The notes: generated from the letters alone by a model not told the origin. Shown: positions 1-8,804, numbered from the stretch's first letter. The stretch: DNA of 32,000 nt from an uncultured delta proteobacterium (GCA_963835605.1 CAWIHO010000045.1:12713-44712); one strand, 5' to 3'. Numbers and translations are program-made.

Positions 1-917
1 GTTGGGAATTGGCTGACTGCCATAAACACATTAAAAATCATGGAGCCGATAATGATAAGGAAAATCATGGCTGTCGTGTGCGTTACCTCGAGGAATGCAG
101 TGCCAAGGTTTGACCAGTTCAACTTTCCGGTAACGATGCCAATAAAAAGGGCCAAAAATGCGCCAATGCCTCCAGCCTCGGTCGGTGTAAAAATCCCAAA
201 ATAAAGACCGCCTATTACAATCACAAATAAGAACAATACCGACCAGACATCTTTCAGGGAGGTTATCTTTTCTCTGAAGGTTGTTTTTGGCCCCGGAGGA
301 CCCAATTGAGGATTTTTTCGAGTCATAAGAAAAATAGTAAGAATAAATAAAATGCTGAGTAAGATTCCCGGGAGTATACCGGCAACAAAAAGTTTGCCTA
401 TGGACTGTTCGGTGAGCAACCCATAAATAATAAAGACGGTACTCGGGGGGATCAAAATACCGAGAGTGCCACCAGCGGCAACGCATCCTGTAGCGAGACG
501 GCCATCATAGTTATACTTTTTCATCTCCGGCAAGGCTATTTTCCCAATTGTAGCTGCTGTACCTACGCTGGTGCCGCTTACAGCAGCAAAACCAGCACAA
601 GCAGCGACCGTAGCGATACTTAACCCTCCCCGAAAGCTTCCCACCCATTTATAGGCAGTACTATAGAGACCTTTGCTCATTCCAGCATATGAACAAAAAA
701 TGCCCATCCCCACAAAAAGGGGGACAACACTCATGGTATAACTAGCCATGTTCGAATAGAATACTGTCGCTATAACAGGAAGCCCTGCTTTCAGGCTTGT
801 CAGATAAAAAATACCGCCAAGACCCACCAACGACATCGCGACGCCAATGTGTACTCCTAAAAACAACATTAAAATCATAATTGCGATGCCGATGATTCCT
901 ATAGAAAACGGGCTCAT
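1..917 (-). CDS. TRAP transporter large permease subunit (DctM family), N-terminal ~305 codons; gene continues past the left edge
   Basis: Absent from the ORF track because it is open at the window edge. My minus-strand translation from ATG 917 is uninterrupted and hydrophobic: MSPFSIGIIGIAIMILMLFLGVHIGVAMSLVGLGGIFYL ... VIVIGGLYFGIFTPTEAGGIGAFLALFIGIV ... This is typical of DctM. ATGA overlap with the stop of the small-permease gene at 914-917. Confidence 0.85.
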   Translation of the reverse strand, partial: MSPFSIGIIGIAIMILMLFLGVHIGVAMSLVGLGGIFYLTSLKAGLPVIATVFYSNMASYTMSVVPLFVGMGIFCSYAGMSKGLYSTAYKWVGSFRGGLSIATVAACAGFAAVSGTSVGTAATIGKIALPEMKKYNYDGRLATGCVAAGGTLGILIPPSTVFIIYGLLTEQSIGKLFVAGILPGILLSILFILTIFLMTRKNPQLGPPGPKTTFREKITSLKDVWSVLFLFVIVIGGLYFGIFTPTEAGGIGAFLALFIGIVTGKLNWSNLGTAFLEVTHTTAMIFLIIIGSMIFNVFMAVSQFP

Positions 918-1417
918 TTTCCAACCCCCTGAGCTAGAGAATGGATAAATTTTACTAGAAACACCAAAGTAAGCGAAATAAAGCTAATGGCCACCGCATA
1001 GACGAAGGGGTAGGCGGGTATTGGCAGCACTCCAATGAGGAGACCAGTTCTCCGTAAGGAGTTTGCATAGACGATGGTCTGCCAGGATGCTACTATAAAC
1101 ACAGCAAGACCTGCAAAGTAACTCAAGATATCTGATAGTAACTGGGTCCTATGTGAACATCGGGAAGTGAGAATATTAATACGCACGTGCTGGTCAACGA
1201 CCAGGGCATAAGCAAGGCTAAGGGAAATCACCAAACCTGTCATTACCTCCACGAATTCGTAGTCGCCTTTGATGGGTTTGTTAAAAAAATAACGTCCCAC
1301 AACATCCGCTGCGACAAATAAGACCATGAGTCCAAACAAAACAGCGGCCACATAATTGATCACGAAGCTAAATCCGATTATGCCTCGCTCTACAAGTCTG
1401 ACTGCACGATTGGCCAT
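914..1417 (-). CDS. TRAP transporter small permease subunit (DctQ family)
   Basis: 167-aa hydrophobic protein with the ...VVGRYFFNKPIKGDYEFVEV... region typical of TRAP small permeases. It lies between the binding-protein gene and the DctM gene and is translationally coupled to DctM. Confidence 0.85.
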   Translation of the reverse strand: MANRAVRLVERGIIGFSFVINYVAAVLFGLMVLFVAADVVGRYFFNKPIKGDYEFVEVMTGLVISLSLAYALVVDQHVRINILTSRCSHRTQLLSDILSYFAGLAVFIVASWQTIVYANSLRRTGLLIGVLPIPAYPFVYAVAISFISLTLVFLVKFIHSLAQGVGK

Positions 1418-1527
1418 TTTGATTACCTCAAAGTTTATTTCTGTATTTTGTCGCTTGTCATCATAAGACTCTCTTTCAGAACCCCTGCGTTAGACCATTT
1501 TACTGATTACGAGAAAAGAAAGAAGAG

Positions 1528-2659
1528 TGAGCCGTGCCAGATGAGCAGCCTCACTTTGCCACGCAATTGTTTAAGCTCTTACTCCTTGTATTCCTTTGAA
1601 ATGCGATTTGCTGCATCAACAATTTTTCTCCCAGGCATCCCTTTGGACTCTAAACTTTGAATCCACTTCTCACGAATCGGTTGGGCCTGAGTGCGCCATC
1701 GTTGCAATTCGGTGTCTGGAAGCTGGATGATTTCGACCCCAGGCATTTTTTTTGCTTTATCAACAGAAATCATGTCCTCTTCCCACCATGCCTTTCCTGC
1801 GACCTTTGCCAAATAAAGACCGGAAACTCCGTCGATAATCTTCTGATCGGCCGGAGATAACGAATTCCATTTGTCCTTGTTCATGACTAAAGCGAATGCT
1901 GATATATTAATGCCGACCCAGGTGTGATATTTGGTGAGTTCGTGCAAATTAAACGTGTTTAAACCGGTCCAACTCCAAAATGTACAATCCACCACCCCCC
2001 TCTGCAATGCCAGGTAAAGTTCGGGGGCCGGTACGTTTATTGGAGTCGCTCCCAATGCTGTTGCTACCAGTTGTGCAACCGTCCCGGGGGCTGCTATTTT
2101 CATCCCCTTAAAGTCTTCCAGCTTGCGGATGGGCTTTTTAGTCGAGTGGATAAAATAAGGCGTAATATTATGCAGGTTGATCACCTTCACATCTTTGTAA
2201 TCATCTTTGATATATCCTTCGTCATAAAGTCTCTGTAAGACGAAGTTGGCGTGCCTGACATCACTTGACCAGGGCGAAAGGGGCATCTCAATAACATCAC
2301 TCAAGGGGAAACGACCAGGGGAGGCCCACTGGTTAAAGTTTCCAAGATCCGCAAAACCGGAGACAACATTATCATAAATATCCTTTTGCTTGGCCAGAGA
2401 CTCGCTCGCATAAATCCTTACCTTTATTCTCCCATCCGTATTCTTTTCCACCATCTTTGCCCAAGCGTCAAGGACACCCCGATACTCAACGCCGGTGGTG
2501 GGTACAAACGTGGCCAGTTTAAGCTCAACTGTCTTGGATTGAGGATAGCCGTTTCCACTTAGTCCTAGTGTCAGCACCAACGCCATGAGCAGGCCACAAG
2601 ACAATTGTGCTACTATCCCTTTTCTCATCTTACCCTCCTGGTTAGCTTGCCATAGGCAC
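1528..2659. repeat. 1132-bp direct repeat, unit A (whole binding-protein gene plus 31 nt upstream and 51 nt downstream)
   Basis: Matches 2763-3894 at a constant offset of 1235 nt. Boundaries were found by direct comparison: mismatch at 1527 vs 2762 and at 2660 vs 3895. Every line I spot-checked is identical, and the encoded sense and antisense ORFs are letter-identical. Confidence 0.9.
1579..2628 (-). CDS. TRAP transporter solute-binding protein (DctP type), copy A
   Basis: 349 aa. N-terminal signal peptide (MRKGIVAQLSCGLLMALVLTLGLSG). DctP-type fold signature by eye (ELKLATFVP..., DFKGMKI..PG, LYLALQRGVVD). GGAGGG RBS upstream of the ATG. Confidence 0.9.
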   Translation of the reverse strand: MRKGIVAQLSCGLLMALVLTLGLSGNGYPQSKTVELKLATFVPTTGVEYRGVLDAWAKMVEKNTDGRIKVRIYASESLAKQKDIYDNVVSGFADLGNFNQWASPGRFPLSDVIEMPLSPWSSDVRHANFVLQRLYDEGYIKDDYKDVKVINLHNITPYFIHSTKKPIRKLEDFKGMKIAAPGTVAQLVATALGATPINVPAPELYLALQRGVVDCTFWSWTGLNTFNLHELTKYHTWVGINISAFALVMNKDKWNSLSPADQKIIDGVSGLYLAKVAGKAWWEEDMISVDKAKKMPGVEIIQLPDTELQRWRTQAQPIREKWIQSLESKGMPGRKIVDAANRISKEYKE

Positions 2660-2762
2660 GCGATGCCTGCCCGGTACGATGCCGGTCACGAAAACGACTG
2701 TTCAGGGAGACAAGGAGATACAAAAAGGCTGTACACTCCACATCGATTCCACCTGGGCCGGA

Positions 2763-3894
2763 TGAGCCGTGCCAGATGAGCAGCCTCACTTTGCCACGCA
2801 ATTGTTTAAGCTCTTACTCCTTGTATTCCTTTGAAATGCGATTTGCTGCATCAACAATTTTTCTCCCAGGCATCCCTTTGGACTCTAAACTTTGAATCCA
2901 CTTCTCACGAATCGGTTGGGCCTGAGTGCGCCATCGTTGCAATTCGGTGTCTGGAAGCTGGATGATTTCGACCCCAGGCATTTTTTTTGCTTTATCAACA
3001 GAAATCATGTCCTCTTCCCACCATGCCTTTCCTGCGACCTTTGCCAAATAAAGACCGGAAACTCCGTCGATAATCTTCTGATCGGCCGGAGATAACGAAT
3101 TCCATTTGTCCTTGTTCATGACTAAAGCGAATGCTGATATATTAATGCCGACCCAGGTGTGATATTTGGTGAGTTCGTGCAAATTAAACGTGTTTAAACC
3201 GGTCCAACTCCAAAATGTACAATCCACCACCCCCCTCTGCAATGCCAGGTAAAGTTCGGGGGCCGGTACGTTTATTGGAGTCGCTCCCAATGCTGTTGCT
3301 ACCAGTTGTGCAACCGTCCCGGGGGCTGCTATTTTCATCCCCTTAAAGTCTTCCAGCTTGCGGATGGGCTTTTTAGTCGAGTGGATAAAATAAGGCGTAA
3401 TATTATGCAGGTTGATCACCTTCACATCTTTGTAATCATCTTTGATATATCCTTCGTCATAAAGTCTCTGTAAGACGAAGTTGGCGTGCCTGACATCACT
3501 TGACCAGGGCGAAAGGGGCATCTCAATAACATCACTCAAGGGGAAACGACCAGGGGAGGCCCACTGGTTAAAGTTTCCAAGATCCGCAAAACCGGAGACA
3601 ACATTATCATAAATATCCTTTTGCTTGGCCAGAGACTCGCTCGCATAAATCCTTACCTTTATTCTCCCATCCGTATTCTTTTCCACCATCTTTGCCCAAG
3701 CGTCAAGGACACCCCGATACTCAACGCCGGTGGTGGGTACAAACGTGGCCAGTTTAAGCTCAACTGTCTTGGATTGAGGATAGCCGTTTCCACTTAGTCC
3801 TAGTGTCAGCACCAACGCCATGAGCAGGCCACAAGACAATTGTGCTACTATCCCTTTTCTCATCTTACCCTCCTGGTTAGCTTGCCATAGGCAC
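2763..3894. repeat. 1132-bp direct repeat, unit B
   Basis: See unit A. The units are separated by a 103-bp linker (2660-2762) that resembles neither flank. Confidence 0.9.
2814..3863 (-). CDS. TRAP transporter solute-binding protein (DctP type), copy B, identical to copy A
   Basis: The track ORF 2814-3896 contains the same 349-aa protein. I place the start at the same ATG and RBS as copy A; the extra 11 codons (MCLWQANQEGK) lie over the RBS. Confidence 0.9.
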   Translation of the reverse strand: MRKGIVAQLSCGLLMALVLTLGLSGNGYPQSKTVELKLATFVPTTGVEYRGVLDAWAKMVEKNTDGRIKVRIYASESLAKQKDIYDNVVSGFADLGNFNQWASPGRFPLSDVIEMPLSPWSSDVRHANFVLQRLYDEGYIKDDYKDVKVINLHNITPYFIHSTKKPIRKLEDFKGMKIAAPGTVAQLVATALGATPINVPAPELYLALQRGVVDCTFWSWTGLNTFNLHELTKYHTWVGINISAFALVMNKDKWNSLSPADQKIIDGVSGLYLAKVAGKAWWEEDMISVDKAKKMPGVEIIQLPDTELQRWRTQAQPIREKWIQSLESKGMPGRKIVDAANRISKEYKE

Positions 3895-3943
3895 AATCAA
3901 AAATGGGACGGATCTTTAAGAAACTTTCCTCGGCCCTCTGGTA

Positions 3944-3972
3944 CAGCATACCTACCCCCAAAAAAAAGTCAA
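3944..3972 (-). promoter_or_regulatory. sigma70-like promoter for the TRAP operon (TTGACT-17-TATGCT on the minus strand)
   Basis: Minus-strand -35 TTGACT at 3972-3967 and -10 TATGCT at 3949-3944, about 80 nt upstream of the copy B start codon. Confidence 0.4.
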
Positions 3973-4110
3973 TAACTTTTTCGAGATTTACATCAACACG
4001 TATACGCAAGAAAGCTATGCCCGGACTAACTCCGCCTGAAGTAAGGATGTAGTAGTCAGAACCGGTTTTCAAAGTCTACCCCAGACCGGACCTGAGCAAC
4101 CAGCCATAAC

Positions 4111-4140
4111 TTGACGTAGTATTCGGTTGTTGCGTATAAT
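4111..4140 (+). promoter_or_regulatory. sigma70-like promoter for the molybdoenzyme operon (TTGACG-18-TATAAT)
   Basis: -35 TTGACG at 4111-4116 and perfect -10 TATAAT at 4135-4140, about 95 nt upstream of the GTG start at 4236. Confidence 0.5.
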
Positions 4141-4235
4141 GCCTTCCAGAAGAAGATTCCAACGTTTCTTCGGGAAGATTCCGGTTGCGAGCACCGTTGT
4201 TGAGCCTCCCAGGAATAGAAAAAGGATAGAACAGA

Positions 4236-6806
4236 GTGAAAGAAGACGTCTGGGTCAAAAGTACCTGCAATATATGTTTTAGTCACTGCGCTATACGAGT
4301 TCACCGTGTAGATGGTGTAGTGACCGAAATTGAAGGGAATCCGGACTGCGCTACCAGTCTCGGAGGGCTCTGTCCCAGAGGAGCTGCCGGCATGATGCTC
4401 CTCTATGACCCCAATCGGATAAACACCCCGCTGAAAAGGACAAACCCGGAGAAAGGTATTGGGATCGATCCGAAGTGGGTGGAAATAAGCTGGGATGAAG
4501 CACTGGACACAATAACTGAGAGGCTTAGAAAAATTAAGGCCGACGATCCAAGAAAGCTGCAGACCATCCATTCCGTGATCCTCGGAGACAATGTTCCGTT
4601 GGGTGTTTCCTTCGCCGCAGCGTTCGGGAGCCCCAATTGGTTTCCCTCGGGAGCCGGTATGCATTGCGGAAACGGATCACACTTGTTTTCTGGCATGATG
4701 CACGCCGCCTGGACGAAGATGCCCGACCCAAACTATACCGAATACTATCTCAATTTTGGCTGCCCGGCGGGCTTCGGTGCTTATTACTGTGTTACCGGCA
4801 TGGCACAGAGGATGGCGAATGCCAGAAGAAGAGGAATGAAGCATGTCGTGATCGAGCCATGGATGGGAACGCCAGGCCTGAATAGTGATGAATGGATACC
4901 TATTAGGCCCGGTACCGATGCTGCACTGGCGTTGGCCATGGTGAATCTTCTACTTAACGAGTATGGGATATACGACGCAGGGAGCATAAAGCAATATACT
5001 AATGGTCCCTACTTAGTTGGAGTTGATGGCTATTACGTTCGAGACAAAGAGACACAAAAACCGCTCGTGTGGGACATCCTTGATGGAAAAGCTAAAGCTT
5101 ACGATGCCCCCACTTTACAGGACGTGGCTCTGGAGGGGAGTTACTCAGTTAACGGGGCTGAAGCCACAACCGCCTTTTCTTTAATCAAAGAGCATGTCAA
5201 AAAGTATACGCCGGAAATGGCTTCTGGGATAACTACCGTCCCCGCGGAGACAATACGCCGGTTGGCAAAGGAATTCGGGGAGGCAGCGAGGATAGGGAGC
5301 ACTATCGTTATTGACGGAAAAGAGTTACCTTACAGACCGGTCGCTGTCGGGTACTTCAGGGGAGCCTCCGCGCATAAGCATTCCGCTCTGATCAATATGG
5401 CACTTGAACTTCTGCAGGAAATAGTCGGGGCCAATAACGTACCTGGCGGCGTCTTGGGGATGAATTCCCGAGCCCTTGGGCATCCAGAAACCGGCCAGCC
5501 TTCGTACAGTCCAGGCGAAGGCCCGGATGGACTTCTGAAGGTAGGAGCGTGGACTGTACCACACATCCCCTGGCCTTTAGAGGAGCCCAAGAAACCGGAA
5601 ACGACCGGCATGACTGACCTCGTCCCCACCTCCGGGATATCTCCGCTCGTTCTCTGGGGTATAACGGAACACGAGAAGTATAAAATACCTTACAAGACTG
5701 AATTCGTGATGCACACCGGCGGTAATTACATGATGTCTTTTCTCGACCCGAAGGCCGTGGAAGGGACGTTTAAAGAAGGCATATTCATTGTTTCGTTTAG
5801 CGTTTTCCTGGATGAGTCAACCGAGCTTGCGGATATCGTTCTGCCTGATACCTGCTACCTCGAAAAGCTTGATTTGCGGGCTGATATGGACAGCACATTC
5901 TCGCCCGTGGATGGATGGGCGATGCACCTGAGACAACCGGTTGTTGAGCCCGTGCTCCAGCGAAGACCCACCCAGAAGGTGCTTCTTGAGTTGGCAGAAA
6001 GATTGGGCATACTGGGTGATTTCTATCGGCGGATCAATATAGCCTTCAATTTCAAGGACCCCTACAAACTTGACCCGGAGCAGAAATATACCTGGGAGGA
6101 GATCGTTGACCGCAGGTTGAAAGGATACTTTGGGCCTGAGCGTGGTCTGGATTGGTTCAAGGAAAACGGCCTCATAAGCTGGCCCAAAAAGGTGGAAGAA
6201 GTCTATTGGAGGCCTTTTGTGAAGGTTCGCGTACCCATCTACTACGAACACTTTAAGAGGCTTGGGGAGCAGATAGAGCACATAAAGAAAGAGCATGATA
6301 TACCCGGCTTTGACACATCGGATTTCCAGCCGATGCCGGATTGGAAACCGTGCGCGTCCCACGAGGAGAAACGTCCAGACTATGATCTGTATGGGATTTA
6401 TTACAGAATACCCTTTCACACCTTCACCTCCACTTACAATAATCCGTTTCTGGACGAAGTCTCCAAGACAGATCCTTATGTGTACGGAATCGCCATGAAC
6501 ACGGAAACTGCCCGCAAGAAAGGCATCAAGAACGGGGACCGGGTGGTCATTCAATCGGCGGGGACGGGCCATGAAATAGAGGGAAGGGCCGCCCTGAGCG
6601 AGGCTATCCATCCTGAACTGATTGCCTATGCCAGCGGAGGAGGCCACTGGTCGAAAGGTTTACCCATTGCCAGCCAGCAGGGGAAGGGAATATGCCCTGA
6701 ATGGCTCATCCCCTTAAGTTGGGATTACATAGACACGGTCAGCTTCAACCTTGACCTCTGTGTCAAAGTGAAGGTACAGAGAAAGGATGAAGGAGGGGCT
6801 CGATGA
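4236..6806 (+). CDS. molybdopterin (bis-MGD / DMSO-reductase superfamily) oxidoreductase catalytic subunit, cytoplasmic type
   Basis: 856 aa.
- N-terminal 4Fe-4S motif C-x2-C-x3-C ... C (STCNICFSHCAIRV...GGLCPRG) begins at residue 11, so there is no room for a Tat signal.
- GSPNWFPSGAGMHCGNG region carries a Cys at the usual Mo-ligand position.
- ...ELADIVLPDTCYLEKLD... and the C-terminal MGD-binding beta-barrel region (ARKKGIKNGDRVVIQS). Confidence 0.9.
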   Translation: MKEDVWVKSTCNICFSHCAIRVHRVDGVVTEIEGNPDCATSLGGLCPRGAAGMMLLYDPNRINTPLKRTNPEKGIGIDPKWVEISWDEALDTITERLRKIKADDPRKLQTIHSVILGDNVPLGVSFAAAFGSPNWFPSGAGMHCGNGSHLFSGMMHAAWTKMPDPNYTEYYLNFGCPAGFGAYYCVTGMAQRMANARRRGMKHVVIEPWMGTPGLNSDEWIPIRPGTDAALALAMVNLLLNEYGIYDAGSIKQYTNGPYLVGVDGYYVRDKETQKPLVWDILDGKAKAYDAPTLQDVALEGSYSVNGAEATTAFSLIKEHVKKYTPEMASGITTVPAETIRRLAKEFGEAARIGSTIVIDGKELPYRPVAVGYFRGASAHKHSALINMALELLQEIVGANNVPGGVLGMNSRALGHPETGQPSYSPGEGPDGLLKVGAWTVPHIPWPLEEPKKPETTGMTDLVPTSGISPLVLWGITEHEKYKIPYKTEFVMHTGGNYMMSFLDPKAVEGTFKEGIFIVSFSVFLDESTELADIVLPDTCYLEKLDLRADMDSTFSPVDGWAMHLRQPVVEPVLQRRPTQKVLLELAERLGILGDFYRRINIAFNFKDPYKLDPEQKYTWEEIVDRRLKGYFGPERGLDWFKENGLISWPKKVEEVYWRPFVKVRVPIYYEHFKRLGEQIEHIKKEHDIPGFDTSDFQPMPDWKPCASHEEKRPDYDLYGIYYRIPFHTFTSTYNNPFLDEVSKTDPYVYGIAMNTETARKKGIKNGDRVVIQSAGTGHEIEGRAALSEAIHPELIAYASGGGHWSKGLPIASQQGKGICPEWLIPLSWDYIDTVSFNLDLCVKVKVQRKDEGGAR

Positions 6807-7444
6807 CCTACGGCATGGTGATAGACCTGAAAAGATGCATTGGCTGTCGCGGTTGCGAGATATTCTGTAAGAGCGCAAATGCCACCGCTCCGGGGGTGCT
6901 CTGGTCACGGGTGTTGTTCTATGAGCTGGGAAAATATCCCGCGGCCAAGAGGGTGCCTGTACCCGTGCTTTGTATGCATTGCAGAGTGCCCGCGTGCGTT
7001 GATGTATGCCCTACGGGGGCGAGTATAAAGAGGTCCGACGGGATTGTAACGATAGACGAAAACAAGTGCTCGGGGTGTCTTAACTGCCTCATGGCCTGCC
7101 CCTATGGGGCGCGTCATCTGTCACCTGCGAGCGATGAGGGTCACTTTCCTGGTCAGGGACTTACTCCATACGAAAAGGTCGGCTCCCAGCAGCACCCCAG
7201 AGGTGCGGTGGGAAAATGCAATTTCTGCCTGCCGAGGATTGAGCGGGGACTCAAGCCGGCTTGTGTCCAGAATTGCATGTCTAAAGCGAGATACTTTGGC
7301 GATCTCGATGACCCTGAGAGCGAAGTGTCGCAGCTTATACGCAGCGGGGGAGCCTTCCAGATTCGCCCCGTAATTTTCTCCGGAAGTCCGGTGACCGGGG
7401 CGACATCGGAGATAGAGACTGTAGTCTACTATCTGGAGCGTTGA
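6803..7444 (+). CDS. 4Fe-4S ferredoxin-type electron-transfer (beta) subunit, four Cys clusters
   Basis: 213 aa. Four Cys groups: CIGCRGCEIFC, CMHCRVPACVDVCP, CSGCLNCLMACP and CNFCLPRIERGLKPACVQNC (DmsB/PsrB/NrfC type). ATGA overlap with the alpha stop. Confidence 0.9.
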   Translation: MTYGMVIDLKRCIGCRGCEIFCKSANATAPGVLWSRVLFYELGKYPAAKRVPVPVLCMHCRVPACVDVCPTGASIKRSDGIVTIDENKCSGCLNCLMACPYGARHLSPASDEGHFPGQGLTPYEKVGSQQHPRGAVGKCNFCLPRIERGLKPACVQNCMSKARYFGDLDDPESEVSQLIRSGGAFQIRPVIFSGSPVTGATSEIETVVYYLER

Positions 7445-7535
7445 AGAGGCGCATCCTCGTGCGAACCGTTACGGATAAAAAAGTGGTAAAGCATCACGAG
7501 GCTATGAGCCAGAGGGTAGGAGAGCAAGGGTAAAG

Positions 7536-8804
7536 ATGGCAGCAAGAAAACATCTCATAATCGGTGCCGGTCCGGCTGCACTGAGTGCCCTGGAGGCAAT
7601 AAGACGTATTACCTCCCGGGACGAGGTCAAGCTGGTCACCCTGGAAGACTCTCTCCCCTATTCGCCTGCCGCGCTTCCCTACTTGCTGTGCGGAGGGATA
7701 ACAGAGGCGCAGTTGTGGCTGAGAGATGACGCGTATTTCAGGCACCGGAGATGCACCCTGGTGCGAGGTAAAGAAGTTACCCGTCTCCTTCCGCAGAAGA
7801 AAGAGGTTATCTATCACGACGGGGTTTCAGAATTCTATGATACCCTGCTCATCGCTTCCGGTGCAGAGACGGTGAGGCCCGCAATCGAGGGAATGGCTGA
7901 GGTTGGAATCCAGCATTTCAGAACCTTAACCGATTGCCGGCGGCTTCTCGGGGAGTTAAAGACCAAAAACAGGGTGGCTATTTTAGGTGCGGGGCTGGTG
8001 GGAATGAAGATAGCCGCGGCACTCCTGGAAAGGGGATGCCGGGTCAGCATTGTTGAGAAGGAGCAGACTGTCCTCCCCCTCTATTTCAGTGAGGAGGCCG
8101 AGGTCTATATAAGACAGACCTTCATAGACCATAAGGCCAGTCTCTTTATGGGAAAGGCGGTGAGTAGTGTCAAGAGAGAAGGCGACCAGATAAAGATTTT
8201 CTTGTGTGAGGGCGGCTCTCTGACTGCGGATATTCTCATCAACGCGATGGGAGTCAAGAGCAGAATACCTTTTCTGCAAGGGACAGGCGTGAGAATAGCC
8301 GGCGGCATCCTTGTGGACAAAGGAATGGGAACGAGCATCGACCAGATTTACGCTGCGGGAGACGTGGCCGAACCACCGGATTTTTTCACCGGTGAGCCGA
8401 AGATCAGCGCCATTATCCCCAGCGCTGTGAGTCAGGGTAGAGTTGCCGGCGCCAGTATGGCAGGGGTAAAGGCGGAATATGAGGGTGGAATCCCCATGAC
8501 GGCTTTTGGCTTCATGGGCAATCGGGCATTCTCCATAGGCGTGCCTATGCTTCAGCAGGACCCCGGGCAAGTGCTGACACAGAGGGATGGCCAAAACAAA
8601 AGGTTCAAAAAGCTGGTCTTCGACGGGGATAGGCTCATCGGTGGTATGTTCTTGAATGAAATCGTAGACCCAGGCATTATCCTCCACCTCATTAAAGAAA
8701 GAATAAATCTGTCATCTCACAAAGAAGCCCTCTTCGAAGGGACAAAGCCCCTCTCTGATCCTTGGTTAACCTCGCTTAAGTTCTCCCGGCCTGGCTCGAG
8801 GTAA
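7536..8804 (+). CDS. NAD(P)/FAD-dependent oxidoreductase (pyridine nucleotide-disulfide oxidoreductase fold)
   Basis: 422 aa. Two Rossmann motifs (LIIGAGPAALSALEA and VAILGAGLVGMKIAAAL) plus IYAAGDVAE. The position of the CoADR/Nox redox Cys reads YSPAALPY, with no Cys. Confidence 0.85.
   Translation: MAARKHLIIGAGPAALSALEAIRRITSRDEVKLVTLEDSLPYSPAALPYLLCGGITEAQLWLRDDAYFRHRRCTLVRGKEVTRLLPQKKEVIYHDGVSEFYDTLLIASGAETVRPAIEGMAEVGIQHFRTLTDCRRLLGELKTKNRVAILGAGLVGMKIAAALLERGCRVSIVEKEQTVLPLYFSEEAEVYIRQTFIDHKASLFMGKAVSSVKREGDQIKIFLCEGGSLTADILINAMGVKSRIPFLQGTGVRIAGGILVDKGMGTSIDQIYAAGDVAEPPDFFTGEPKISAIIPSAVSQGRVAGASMAGVKAEYEGGIPMTAFGFMGNRAFSIGVPMLQQDPGQVLTQRDGQNKRFKKLVFDGDRLIGGMFLNEIVDPGIILHLIKERINLSSHKEALFEGTKPLSDPWLTSLKFSRPGSR

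Noticed and set aside
2585-2779. 64-aa plus-strand ORF spanning the 103-bp linker between the repeat units
   Set aside because: It starts antisense inside the binding-protein gene. It has no RBS, and its sequence is not protein-like.
3864-3896. N-terminal extensions offered by the ORF track. This one, and also 12664-12720, 14686-14715, 20608-20811, 25500-25535 and 31519-31569
   Set aside because: In each case an internal start has a proper Shine-Dalgarno and matches the family N-terminus. The extension overlaps an RBS, a terminator T-run or the preceding gene (20608-20811 lies inside ptxC).
4056-8687. Long minus-strand ORFs 4056-4664 (202 aa), 5817-6647 (276 aa) and 7983-8687 (234 aa)
   Set aside because: They are antisense shadows of the molybdoenzyme alpha subunit and the flavoprotein genes. 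Their sequences have no motifs or RBS, and the plus-strand genes are unambiguous.
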